DNA of 36,325 nucleotides from Octopus bimaculoides (taxonomy: Eukaryota), in the NCBI RefSeq assembly GCF_001194135.2, contig NC_068984.1:26671533-26707857 (forward strand). The letters run 5' to 3'. Shown piece by piece: positions 1 to 12,599 of this stretch; the first letter of the stretch is position 1; each line of letters starts with the position of its first letter. A program made the translations under genes and the position numbers. Under the pieces are notes generated by a model. It searched no databases, was not told the DNA's origin, and worked only from the letters and a program-made list of their open reading frames with translations.

Positions 1-37
<37 letters not shown>

Positions 38-671
38 ATATGAATATATACTGTTGCTTATTACAAAAAATCTCTTTTAAAGACACACCCTTCATCATAC
101 TCGCACACATACATATAAAGGCACTCATATACTCCCAACATACGCATAAGCAAACACATCCACACGCATAATTAGAAATGAAAGAGAACCACGGTCACAG
201 CATGAACGCAAAACTGATCCCATTTGAAACTTCGGCCAAAGTTGACTTTAGGAGTTAAAGAAGAAATGTATTTTTTCGAAATGTTATCTTAAGTAGCTAA
301 ATACTTTCAGTAGCCCAAAGGGGTAACATATAAAGTTTAGATTTAGACTCTCATAAACACTTCTAGTTGTTGGTGTTTTCCCTTAAGAAAACATTAATCA
401 GTAAGTTTTGGTTTACCTGACACTGAATTCTTTGCTAGTTCTGTTCATTGCCACAGATGGCAGCAGTAGGAATTTAATCCCCTTTCCTTTGAAAGCACTT
501 CCTGATTCTCAGTTCTCTCTCTTTCTCTGTCCGACAATCATTATTATATTATCTGTATAACCCAAGGAAGATAGAAAAAAAAAACAACACAAAAAAACCC
601 TCAAAACGAAAATAAAATAAAGTATCGAAAGACAACAAAAATAAATTAAACGTACACTGTTCCCTTCGTTT

Positions 672-674
<3 letters not shown>

Positions 675-734
<60 letters not shown>

Positions 735-870
735 TGAGAGTGAGGGGGAAAGCATAATAATAAAGAGAGAGAGAAAATGAGAGTGAGGGGGAAAGCATAA
801 TAATAAAGAGAGAGAGAGAGAGAAAATGAGAGTGAGGGGAAAAGCATAAAATAGAGAGAGAGAGAAGAAG
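675..870. repeat. (GA)n microsatellite containing three copies of a ~34-bp unit (aaaatgagagtgagggggaaagcataataataaa) separated by variable (GA)n
   Basis: The units start at about 731, 774 and 823 and are directly visible. Confidence 0.9.
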
Positions 871-1089
871 TGAGTGAGAGAAAGTGAGAGAAAAAGCAGA
901 GGGTGAGGAAGAAAGAAAAGAGAGAGAGAGAGGATTAAATAAATAAATATTTGTATATTTTGATTATGAAAAAGCGTATTATACTGCGATTCTCTTGATT
1001 TTCCTTTTGTTTTTCTCCTTACTGATACTTTGGCCCCTAATCTTCTGCCACCATCTCTTACCCTCCCTACACATTTCTTTCTCCACCAC

Positions 1090-1125
<36 letters not shown>

Positions 1126-1133
1126 GTGGTGGT
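1090..1133. repeat. (ATG)n/(GTG)n trinucleotide microsatellite
   Basis: Direct inspection. It explains the poly-His and poly-Ile ORFs in the track. Confidence 0.9.
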
Positions 1134-1270
1134 TTCCTTTTCTTTCTCCACTTCTTCTCAATCTTTACCTGTTTCCTTCTGAGTGTTTTTCTACTCCTTC
1201 ACTAATGTTGTCCCCTCCTATAATTATTACTGTCAATTAATGAGATGCATGAATGAATATTGAGCTACAA

Positions 1271-1307
<37 letters not shown>

Positions 1308-2662
1308 TACAGTCACAACATGCGATTTATCGAAATTTATTATTTGTCTGTAAATCTAAAATAATCAGAAGTACATACTGATTTCTTTAATTACACTCAT
1401 TAGATCTACATTAAAAGAGCAAGCTGGGATCGTGCCGCCCTCCTACAGTTTGTTATTCATACGACCGGCATACCTAGGTATTTTTATTTTACTCATTATT
1501 TTTAAATACCACGGTATTCAGTTTTCGATTATTACAATCCCGTTTTTTTTTTCTCTCTCAAAGATCTGGTAGTAATGGTTAGATTATGCTTCGCTGATGA
1601 GTTCTAATAAGGCCTTGTCACTCCCCACGAAATTCTATTTTTAATAAATTTTAATTTAATGTTAATGGTTATCTCCCTTGTCTGTTTTGCCTCAAATTAC
1701 TCATTAACATAAAGATATTTTGTTTTCTCATTCACGCTTAATTTGATCGAATGTAAATTTCTAGATATTTTTGTATTGATACGGGAAAAGATAAGAGACA
1801 AGTTTGACTTTGGCAACATTAAAACTTCCTGACTTAGGAATAAATCAAAATGATATATTCGAGGCAATTTCGACTCTCTGCATCACTGCACTCTATTTTT
1901 TCAGTGTCAATGATGTTACACATTTAGTTCATGGCTTGAAATTTCCAAGCTCAGTTCTTGCATTAGTGGCCCAAAACATGCTTTCGCAGAAAAAATGATT
2001 GTTATTTTACTCTATGAGGGCAGAGAAATAGCAGAAGTAGTAAGTGCCGGACTAAATAGATTTCAGTAATTAATTTCAATTGGTTGAGCATCTTGCCAGC
2101 ATCGGTGGGATGAGACGGTGACGGACTTTTTTGACCAATGAATGGTCCGTCATTTTGATTGCTTGCTTTCTGTAGGTGCATACATACATACATACATACA
2201 TACGTACATACATGTACTGAAAAATTATACATATATACATACACATATGTGTATGTGTATATGTGTGTGTATTTGTGTGTCTATATATGTATAGATTACT
2301 ACGAGCGCATTGTGCAAGAAACTTGCAACAGTCAAGGAACACTGTAAGCTTACTGGGCCAACAAGAAATAATATCCAAATCTCCCTCAAAAGCAAAGACA
2401 ATAGTTAATGTTGGCCCAGACAGTTATACTAAATAAGACAACAACAGAACGGCAGGATCACATCTGGAACATGTTTGCCTATAAGTGCACTCGATCAGAG
2501 CGCGCCTAAGCCTAAACAAGAACTTTCGTACTTAGAGTACATCCTTTTATATTTTGTATTTCAAAGCCACAGGTACTCATTTTAACTTGTATTGTCACCC
2601 TCGAGTAGTTTAATTGAATACATTCACATTTATATTTTCCTTCTAATATAAGACGTAATTAA

Positions 2663-2878
2663 GGTGGCAAGCTGGCTGAAACGTTAGCCCGCCGGGCGAA
2701 ATGCTTAGCGGTATTTCGTCTGTCTTTACGTTCTGAGTTCAAATTCTGCCGAGGTCGACATTGTCTTTCATCCTTTCGGGGTCGATAAATTAAGTACCAG
2801 TTGCGTACTGGGGTCGATCTAATCGACTAGCCCCCTCCCCCAAAACTTCGGGCCTTGTGCCTAGAGTAGAAAAGAATA
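2663..2878 (+). mobile_element. Full-length tRNA-related SINE, family A, with 16-bp target-site duplication
   Basis: Homologous to copies at 4051-4160, 6465-6600 and 20134-20345. It has a B-box-like gagttcaaattc and a central catcctttcggggtcgataaattaagtacc block resembling the Deu/Nin-type SINE core (recalled). It is flanked by aatataagacgtaatt (2645-2660) and aatataagacgtcatt (2875-2890). Confidence 0.9.
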
Positions 2879-3517
2879 TAAGACGTCATTGTTGTGACTT
2901 AATGTTATGCAATAAATCTTTATTAATTCAGCGATATTCAATCTTTCTTAGGTCTCACAAACTTTAATCGACGTTGTCCCCTAAACTTAAAGTAGAGTAA
3001 ATGTATGTGAATGCCACTAACAGACCCATAAAGCTTTTGACTGGCTGAAAGATCAATAAGATGATCATTATATTTGCTCGGCAGGGGATAGTTTTTTTCT
3101 TTTTTGCCATTTTTATGTGTTCTTTGAGCTTTTATGATCACATAAATAGTTCTTATTCGCATATTTCATATTTTTTCTTTCAGTTTCCTTTTTGGGTTGG
3201 TTTTGGACAAAACAACGATTACACGTTTTATTTCCACAATAGAAGGAATTGATTTCGTAACGACTTATTACTTCATGGACATAGAAATATATATTTTGCT
3301 TGTTTGAATTTTCCATATATTTTGTAAGCCTGATTTAGCTGTTAATGGTTTCAGTTTGTCTTGCATATTCAAGGATAGAAACCGTGCCATCGTACCTTAC
3401 TTGCAAGTGAATGTTTGGCAGTTAAAGATTATATGAAACCTGGTTTAACTCTTGAAAATTCAGTCAAGCGTTATGTGATTTAGAGATTTATTTGGAAAGC
3501 ACTTCCCATAAGTTTTT

Positions 3518-4410
3518 GGCACGAAAGCCATCGATAAGATTCTAGCTAAGTAGTATGTCAAAAAAAAAACAAAAACATTAAGTGAATGTCTCTGGAAGTA
3601 AAGGAATAGATTGCTTGTTCTCTCGGAGTATTAACATGACTGATTTCCTTTGCGAGTTAAAATAAAATATACATTGAAAAACATCTTTCAGCGTTGCTTA
3701 GTTAGTTGAGTACGGACAATTGATTGATCAGACGTGATAAAAATTAATGATTCATGGACTTTGTGAGTGTGTCTCATAACAGGAGCTGCATTCATTCTTA
3801 AAGTAGATACTGAAATCAACTTGTTTTGTGAATTCTAAGTTAGATCCCAAAATATTGACGGAGCGCTAAAATGTGTGCAGTTGAAATGAGGATTAAATTA
3901 ACTTGTTTAGAACTGACCACTACACAATGAAAATAGAAAGTCAACTACATGATTTTCCATCCTCTGACGGATTTTATCGCCAACAATGCTAAAACTTTAT
4001 ATATTCCTTAGTGTACCGTCGACGAATGATCAAGTACGCATAAGATAAATATTCTTTTCTACTCTAGGTTCAAGGCTTGAAATTTTTTGGGGAAGGTGCC
4101 AGTTGCTTAGATCGACCGCTGTACGCAACTTGTACTTAATTTATCGACCCCGAAAGGATGGGACACACTCACAAAGTCCATGAGTCATTAATTTTTATCA
4201 CGTCTGATCAATCAATTGTCCGTATTCAACTAACTAAGCAACACTGGAAGATGTTTTTCGATGTATATTTTATTTTAACTCGCAAAGGAAATCAGTCATG
4301 TTAATACTCCGAGAGAACAAGCAATGTATTCCTTTACTTCGAGAGACATCCACTTAATATTTTTTCTTGACATACTACTTAGCTACAATCTTATCGATAG
4401 CTTTCGTGTC
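3518..4410. repeat. Long inverted repeat with arms at 3518-3773 and 4162-4410 (~250 bp, ~95% identical) and a ~390-bp spacer
   Basis: Manual alignment of the left arm against the reverse complement of the right arm gave roughly 13 substitutions plus one short indel in an A-run. Confidence 0.92.
4051..4160 (-). mobile_element. 5'-truncated SINE family A copy
   Basis: The reverse complement matches 2770-2878 (catcctttcggggtcgataaattaagtac...cctagagtagaaaagaat). Confidence 0.88.
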
Positions 4411-4956
4411 ACATTGTACCTCAAAGTATTTATATTTTTTCTAATGTCTTTGGTGAATAAAAAGGTTTGAGAACCACTTAGATGGATTGCCATGATCTGT
4501 ATTTTTTGCGACAAAATATTAGTTGTCAAATAACGTCGAGTAACTATTTCTTGTTGCCTACTTGTTTTAAATGTTGTACCAATTTATTGTGATTAAATGA
4601 TGTCACTATTGAGTGTGAGTCTGTTTGTTAGCTTGCTTGTATTCACTTATTGTTGAGCAGTTCGGTGTTGGGCGAAAATATATGTGGCTATCTATTATCT
4701 GTTGCTATATCGGTTCCTTAAAATAGTTAATCGATTTGATATTGTTGACAACCAAAGACAGTCTTTATTCAACCTTTTTTCACTCTTTTTAGTAATTTGT
4801 TATTAATGACAAAGTAAATAAATAAATAGATAAAGAAAGAAACACTGCATAATGATGCTTTTGCAATCTGAGCATGAGGTTTGCTAATGTACCACAAATT
4901 CGTCTGAAAAGTTGACTAATCTTTCTATCGTTTACACATACTTCTTTATGGTTTAC

Positions 4957-4989
4957 GCGCGGAACTTCTTAAAGCGCGGAACTTCTTAA
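4957..4989. repeat. 17-bp tandem duplication gcgcggaacttcttaaa x2
   Basis: Direct inspection. Confidence 0.85.
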
Positions 4990-5479
4990 CTACGAAATGA
5001 CTGTGAATTACCTACACTGAATATTCAATGAAAGTTATAGTTGTATAAAAGATTCAAGATAATAGACAAAATATATAAAATGCTTCTAAGCACGAAACCA
5101 TTTTGCTTCATAAAAATGATTTCCGTGAAGAGAAACGTCATAACTTATTTTTGAAAATATCAGTAACATATCATCATCGTCATTGAGGCTGTCATCATCA
5201 ACATAATTTATTTATCAGTTTATAGCATAACTTATTTCTGGAACCAGCTGTCTACTTTACTTCTCTTATTTCGGTGAATGTATTCCTTTGTTCCGATTGT
5301 CTATTGTGAAATTTTTACAAAATGTTAACAAAACTCAGCAGGGAAACTTGTGTTTATACGTGTGGCTATTTAGTTTATGTGACAAGTTTTCAACGAAGAG
5401 GTGTAAATAATACAGGAGATGAAAACCTCATTTCAGATTACGAAATATTAAATAACACACGCATACAACTAAGCACAAT

Positions 5480-5813
5480 CATATGCTCATATGTATAGAT
5501 GTACACATGCATACATGCATACATACACACATACATCTATACATACATCTATACATACATCTATACATACATGCATAGATACATTCATACATCCATACAG
5601 ACAAACATACAAAGATACGCGCGAATGTGTGTTTATATACTAATACATACATACATACATGCACTTATACATACACACACACACATATGTATATGTATAT
5701 GCACATGTGGACGCTCACATATACATATATAAGTATAAGCGTACATTCATACATATAAATTCACATACATAAACAACACACATTTATGTAAGCTCTCACA
5801 CGCATATGTTATA

Positions 5814-5849
<36 letters not shown>

Positions 5850-5945
5850 TGTGTGCGTGCGTGTGTATGCATGTATGTATATACGTGGGTATATATGTAT
5901 TGTGTATGTCAGGACATAGACGTTTACACGTGCACGCATACATAC
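5480..5945. repeat. Compound (CATA)/(CA)/(TG) microsatellite field, including a 12-bp unit (tacatacatcta) x3
   Basis: Direct inspection. Confidence 0.85.
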
Positions 5946-6464
5946 GCGCTTATGTTTATCTACAAGGAAGAACCTTTTTTTCTTCCCCTCCAAATGCTTA
6001 ATTTGATGATACGACTGTATTCAACATAAATCACATTTACTAAAGATTTTTTTTCCAATTTCGTTATTATTTTGTCAATTCACTTTGCAACAATAGAGTT
6101 CTTGTGAATTTTCTAGTACCACCCAGGCTTCAACTAAAATACGCATTACAATCACAGCACAACCCAAATATTGAGAATGAAGTTTTTAAACGTTAATCCA
6201 CTTATGAACTTTATTGTTCTGAAGTAAACAGAGAGAGCAGAAGTTTAATGTATATTGTTCCAGTTATTATAAGAGAACTTCATAAAGGATGATTTCTTCG
6301 TGTGATGGCAAAATTCGAAAAATATTGGAGTTGCATTTTTAGATAATCTGTAAAATGGAACAACACAAACCGAGCATATAAATTCTACCAACGTACAGTC
6401 AAGATGCTTGTGCGATGCTGCATGAAATCTATAGGTCTGACGATATATATGATCAAGGACCTTT

Positions 6465-6600
6465 CTCACGCCGAGGTTGACTTTGCCTTTCATCCTTCCG
6501 GGGTCAATAAATTAAGTACCAGTTACATACTAGGGTCGATCTAATCGACTGCCCCCCTCCCACAAAATTTCGGGCCTTATTCCCAGAGTAGAAAAGAATA
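6465..6600 (+). mobile_element. 5'-truncated SINE family A copy
   Basis: gccgaggttgactttgcctttcatccttccggggtcaataaattaagtacc...agagtagaaaagaat matches the 2663-2878 copy. Confidence 0.88.
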
Positions 6601-6948
6601 GTGGGACGCTACATAAAATCTATAGGTACAAGGCATTACATAAAAATATGTACTAATATATATGCTTTTATTTCTATATGTATTGTGATGCGTATATTCT
6701 TACTTGTGTGTTAGACTACATTGTAATAAGCTCTTCATCATTTACTTGGTAATAAAATTAATAATGTTAATAAATTCACATGCATACATACACGAAGCAC
6801 ACCTGCCTCTTTGCTGCGCAAAGAAATCCAGTGGTTAGTCACAGGGATCTCGTGATATATGTATATACATATGCATGCATGCATACATACATACATACAC
6901 ACATGTTCTGATCGGAGGTAAAATTTAATTGGTCTGGAGATAGGTTGA

Positions 6949-7130
6949 CCATCGCTCGACAACCGATGCTGGTGTGTTTACGTTTCCGTAACTTTACGGT
7001 TCAGCAAAAGAGACCGATAGAATAAGTACCAGGCTTACAAAGAATAAGTCCTGGGGTCGATTTGTTCGAGTAAAGGCGGTGCTCCAGCATGGCCGCAGTC
7101 AACTGACTTAAACAAGTAAGAGAATAAGAA
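6949..7130 (+). mobile_element. 3' body and tail of SINE family B/C
   Basis: Near-identical to 19715-19916 and 24420-24610 (gacaaccgatgctggtgtgtttacg...ggcggtgctccagcatggccgcagtc...aacaagtaa). Confidence 0.9.
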
Positions 7131-7269
7131 TATATACTGTACTCTACATACTTCACTAAAATGTGTTCAGTAATTGCCAGTTTAATGAAAGATTGAAGAG
7201 TTACTCACTAACAAGGATTAACCTTGCGGGACTCACTTTTGCGCGTCATAGAGTGTCAGCGGTGTTGGG

Positions 7270-8410
7270 GACTGAATGCTTGTCTGGCCCAGAAGGGAAG
7301 TATCCTTCTTTAGGATGTTGACTATGCTAAGAATGTGCTCTTACCAGGAGAGAGTCTTGTTGATGGTGGGGCCCAGCACTTAGAAGGACTTTGAAGGCAC
7401 TGGCTAAGTGCCACTCATATCTCGTGGAGGTATTGTGTATATACGGGTATTTTGAAAATAGCTTGGGAGTGACTACCGCGCCCAGTATAGTTACAAGCTG
7501 CTTTTTGGCAAGGCATAACACCTGTTTAGCTACCCTGCCAAGAATACGACGAAGTCATGGAACTGTAGCATAGCGGATTGTGAAGAGGCAGCAGATGAGC
7601 TCAGCTAAGCTAACGGTGTTTCTTACATTGATGCTAAGTGGAAGAATCTTAGAGGACCAACACTCAGGATAACCAAGCTCTATCAAGTGAATAACTGCAA
7701 CGCATCCCTAGAAGCGATGTCCATGGTTGTGTAATCAGCTAATGAAAGATTCATTATGACTTAAGCTTCCATTTAAAATATGAATGATAGAATTGGGTGG
7801 TGACAGAGAGTCACGGAAATCCGTGCAAGTAGCGCAATCGGATGATGGATAATTCAGCGATTGAGTTATTTTATAAGAGTAGCACTTGAGTGGTTTTGCT
7901 ATCAAAAGAAACATGAATTTACTCAGCGATACTCTTAAGGATGCGTTTATAGAATCAATGTAGATTTGCTGATTGCTGTCTACGCTACGTCTCGATGACG
8001 TATGATTGGGGAAAGTTAGGGAGCGATGAAGGGTGATCATATCGTCTGAATAAGAATGAGCGTTACTGGTTGTGGCGGAAAGCTGGTCGTTGATGGAGAG
8101 AAAGAACAGACTGAGTAACACGATCAAACCCTGGAGAACACTAGAGTTGATTGAGAATAGGTTAGAGATCCGTCAACATGTACCCGATGGTACAATCAGA
8201 CTGGAAACTGACGATCCAAAAGATGAGAGATGGATGGAGCTCGTAAGCGCGAAGTTTTGATAGAAGATTTGCATACCAAACACAGTTATATGCCTGGGGT
8301 AGCAACATTATTTTCACCGAGCTTATTTAAAGCAAGCACCAAGCGTCGCTGTCAGTAAATCGCCAGTGGTTCTGTGTCTGAGAAAACCGTACTGGTACTC
8401 ACCGAGAAAA
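7270..8410 (-). mobile_element. Degenerate non-LTR retrotransposon (CR1/L2/Jockey-group) ORF2 reverse transcriptase fragment
   Basis: Minus-strand translation with frameshifts gives YQYGFLRHRTTGDLLT, AYNCVWYANLLSKLRAYELHPSLIFWIVSF and LFFLSINDQLSATTSNAHSYSDD (YADD-type motif). The 5' end stops at (GA)n. Confidence 0.85.
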
Positions 8411-8428
8411 GAGGAAGAGAGAGAGAGG

Positions 8429-8459
<31 letters not shown>

Positions 8460-8460
8460 G

Positions 8461-8518
<58 letters not shown>
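8410..8518. repeat. (GA)n microsatellite
   Basis: Direct inspection. Confidence 0.95.
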
Positions 8519-8521
<3 letters not shown>

Positions 8522-8529
8522 TCATCGTT

Positions 8530-8680
8530 TTGGAGAACGGATGGATTGTACCTGTACAAAGTACAGCCTTGTCACATTCTGCGCAGGAATACTAGTTAAT
8601 TACATTAAGATCACGTGTTACTGGAATGCTCGGCCGCTTACCACCCAATAAGCAGGTAATGTTAGGTAATTCAGTTACCT
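8530..8680 (+). mobile_element. Degenerate 3' part of SINE family F
   Basis: cagccttgtcacattctg...ttacattaagatcacgtgttactggaatgctcggcc resembles 21145-21235. Confidence 0.5.
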
Positions 8681-8741
8681 AATAGGTTGACCAAACATTT
8701 GAATCCTATCATCCAGACCTACAGAGAGCTATTCATCCAGT

Positions 8742-8958
<217 letters not shown>

Positions 8959-11039
8959 CGCGAGTTAAAACACGTTTGGCCCGAGAATATTTTTAATATC
9001 TATAGATGTACTTAAGTCTATATCAGCATTTGATTTAGGCTGTTTTGTTGATTTTTTTGTTGGCTTTTGATTTATTGCCGATTTCACTTTTATCTTATTT
9101 CCATACATTTTTTTTTCACTTATGTTACCCCTATTTACAGATATACAGATAGATCTTTCTAAACATGATGAACACATAATCTGTAAATCGTGTTTCGTGT
9201 GTTTACATGGTTGATAGTTCGTGCGACTGCATGTAAGAATGATTTTGTAGAGTTTATAATAATGTGTGTGTCTCTATGTCTTTCTATATTTATGTTTCTG
9301 TGTTGAGGGTTTTGTGTTTACTCTTTGTTATCATCACGCTATCGGAAGCGCTGAATCTTAATTTCATCGACTACCGACGCTTCTGACCGTTGTGAAGGAA
9401 AACCATTTTTTTCCCTTCATTTTAATCTCAACTCGAACGATCTCACACGACACTTTTCATCGTGGTTTTATATGGGGGAAGCAGATATATAGTTTACAAG
9501 ATATCATTGTTCACTTTCTCTCTCTTTCGCTCTTTACCCCTTCTCTCTCTTTTTCACCCTTCCTCTCTTACCTTGTCATTTTCACTATTGACTCTCGTAC
9601 CCTCAAACTCAACATAAACTAAACGAAACCCTTTTTTGTTGTTGAAATAGTAATGGTTGTCAACATTGTTCTTAGCGTCGTCGTCATCATCGTAATCATT
9701 ATAATTTTATTTATTTATTTATTGGTGTTTTTGTTAGTGATGGTGGTAACATTTGTCATGGCGTTGGATGGTGTTGTCTCTTTTTCTTCTCTTCCCTCTC
9801 TTGTGTTTTTCGTTTCTTCTTATTAGTAATGATGATGATGATGACGATGATGATGGTAGTGGTGGTGGTAGTGGTTGTGTTGATGGTGATAACTTGCGAT
9901 GGTTTTTAATGATTTGATATTTTCTAGTCTGACAAATGAAGTTGAAGGATAGTTTGCTTTGTTGATATTGGTGATCGTTGCTTCCCTTATTTATAACTTG
10001 TACTTGTCGTGGGTCATAGTTTGGTATATTTAAAAAAAATAATTTTAGTTATATTAGTTTTATTTATGTATTTTTCCTGTTCTGCCAGTCCTTGCCTAAA
10101 GCACGTTCAAAATTAGGAACAAAAGAAAAGTAAAATCCAAAAGGCCTCCTCTATAAAAGAACAAATAAAGAAGAAAAGAAGACATGACGGCAACGACACT
10201 ACATATTGAGACATATCTTTTATTTATTTATTCCATTCCTCATTCTCCTCTCTCTCGTTTCCGAAGACGTCTTCAGCTGAAAGTTGTTGTTGACTGGGAA
10301 CAATACAATAATATTTTTCATAGACATTGTATCCATAGCCTTTTACTTTTGCCATTTTACTTTTATGTATTTAAGAATTCAAAGCTGGAAAATGTTTGTA
10401 TTTCGAGAAGACACCAATATCTGTTTCGTACTGAGCTCTTCATTTGAGAATTCTCGGAGGAAGTTGTTTTTCTCGAAATGTCACGTTAACACACCTCATT
10501 TTGGGGTTTTGGTTTAATTTATTCTTGCTAATGCAAACAACAACAACAACAGCTAGTCTTCTCAAATTATAATGGTTATACTCATATTCATGTTTATTTA
10601 CTTATTTATTTATTTATCTATTTATCTATTTATTTTGCTTACCAATATCATCATTCCATGTAGCCTACATCTTCAGCTACCAATGTTGTAGGTAGTTCCG
10701 TTTTATATTACTTTTCTGTCTCGAAATTTCGTGTTTTTAGGAAGATATTTGGGCATAATGTTGAGCGAGCTACAAATTCTATGAAATACAAAATGCAAAA
10801 TAAATTCAGATTATACGGAAAACAGATATCAGTTACACGAAAAACGAAAAGCAATATAAAAGGACGCGCAGAAGTTACATTGAGCATATTTTACTTCAAC
10901 GACTACAACTTACAGTGTCCATAATGGTTAACAGAGCAAAATACCATATGACGGTTGGATTGTTGGGTGGCTGGGTCGGTGAAATGTCACACAAAATAGT
11001 CATCGGTATTTGGTTACGTTCGTTCATGTCTCGAGCTCT

Positions 11040-11165
11040 TAAGTTTTGCTTCTCATTCACTCTAAGTCGATAAAATAGATATTAAGGTTACTGTAACATA
11101 TGCTTTTGAAGGTAATACCCCAGTACAGCCAGAGTTCAATAACTGAATCCAGTTAAAGAAGAAAA
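11040..11165 (+). mobile_element. Old, diverged SINE remnant
   Basis: cattcactctaagtcgataaaatag resembles the family A core, and ccccagtacagccagagttcaataactgaatccagttaaagaa resembles the family B tail. Confidence 0.45.
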
Positions 11166-12599
11166 TGTTATGAGAAAAACATAATTTAATTTTGGCCCTA
11201 TTCATTTAGTTTAGTTGATGCCAGGTCCAATTATTTCTTACAATAATTTCGTTGTTATTGTGGTTGTTTTGTATTGATCAACCCTAACAGAACAGACTGA
11301 TGATCTTAACGTATTACTGCCAAGACCATACTGTTTTTTTAAAGAGTACGTAGGAATACATAATTCCATGTGTAGAACTTCTTAAGGCGGTTGAATACGA
11401 TTTGATAGCGATTTAGTTGCTATTTTAAGCAGGTTGAATGACAACTTAGAAGCTTCTGGTTCGTTTTTTAGTTCCATGCCAACGTTCAGTTTTAGTCTCA
11501 GCAATTGATGAATCGATCTCAATACCCCGTTGCTGCTATTTAAACTTATGTATTTACTTAAGAAAAGCTCTTTCTTCCGAATCACTATAGCAACTTCTCA
11601 ATTTTCCGTGTAGTTATAAGTTGATCATTGTAAAATATATTTTGACTACAAGTTGCCTAGCTTTCGAATGTATGTTTCAGTCAATTATAGCTCTGTGTGA
11701 AACATCTTTTCTGCTAAACTATGCACACAGGCACACACACACTTTTGTGCAGCCCACATTTTACTTTCACATATATATGTATCTGAAAAGATGCGCAGGA
11801 AAAAGACGAAAATAAAATTAAATACACACAAATGCTAAATATACTGTTCTAAACAGTTGCATGATTCATGGGGTGCACTAATTTTTAAAATATCAACATA
11901 GTTTATACAAGATAGTCATCCATATTTTTTTTGCATATTTCTTTTTTGAAACGTTGGGGATCCTGTACACATATGCGTCCCACATGAATGTGGCACAAAA
12001 TGAAGATTATACAAGGTTTTTGCGTGAATCGTGCTATCTCTAAAGAAAACAAGTTATCTGCCGAATTAACACTGAGTTTCTAACAAAATCAATGTTTCAG
12101 AAGGTCAGATAAACTTGTGTTTCTATATTCATCACATCAAAATTTCAACAGATCGAAAATATCCATGAAAATGTTTTTGCATTCCCAGTAATATTATCTT
12201 CCAACTAGATTATATAGTTGAGTCTTAACTGAAGAAAGAAAGATTCAATAAATTCTGTGCTACTATTTGATATTTAAATGGAACTTTTAATTGACTAGCA
12301 AGACATAGGCATAAACACACACACACATACATGCACACGCACACATATATACACACACTCGTGCACACAAACATATGCGCATATTGTGGCTTGAATATGA
12401 CCTGTGTGCCACACGAATTTCTATACAGTTCTAACTGGCAGCACTATATTCTACACGAGTGAGAGAAGAATGAAAATGGTGGATACAGTTGATACAGGTT
12501 CATGTATCTGGTTTGTAGATAGACGTCAGGTGGTGAGCGCCAGTGCCTTTTGTTGGGGTCAGTATACTGACGAAAGAGCCTAGACAACTCTGGTGTTTG

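Noticed and set aside
446-470. gccacagatggcagcag as a CTCF-like site or as a splice acceptor plus ATG
   Set aside because: It is one base short of the CTCF spacing, and the downstream frame closes almost immediately.
509-1161. ORFs of 112, 200 and 60 aa with poly-LS, poly-I and poly-H
   Set aside because: They are products of (GA)n and (ATG)n repeats that lack stop codons, with no domain signal or splice support.
2119-2152. Hairpin tgacggac...gtccgtca
   Set aside because: An 8-9 bp stem is expected by chance in 36 kb and has no supporting context.
10255-10450. Two hammerhead-like words on the minus strand (CTGAAGAcgtcttcgGAAAC and aTGAAGAgctcagtacGAAAC)
   Set aside because: The first is explained by the palindrome gaagacgtcttc and lacks stem III and an NUH site. 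The second lacks C3 and an adjacent stem I.
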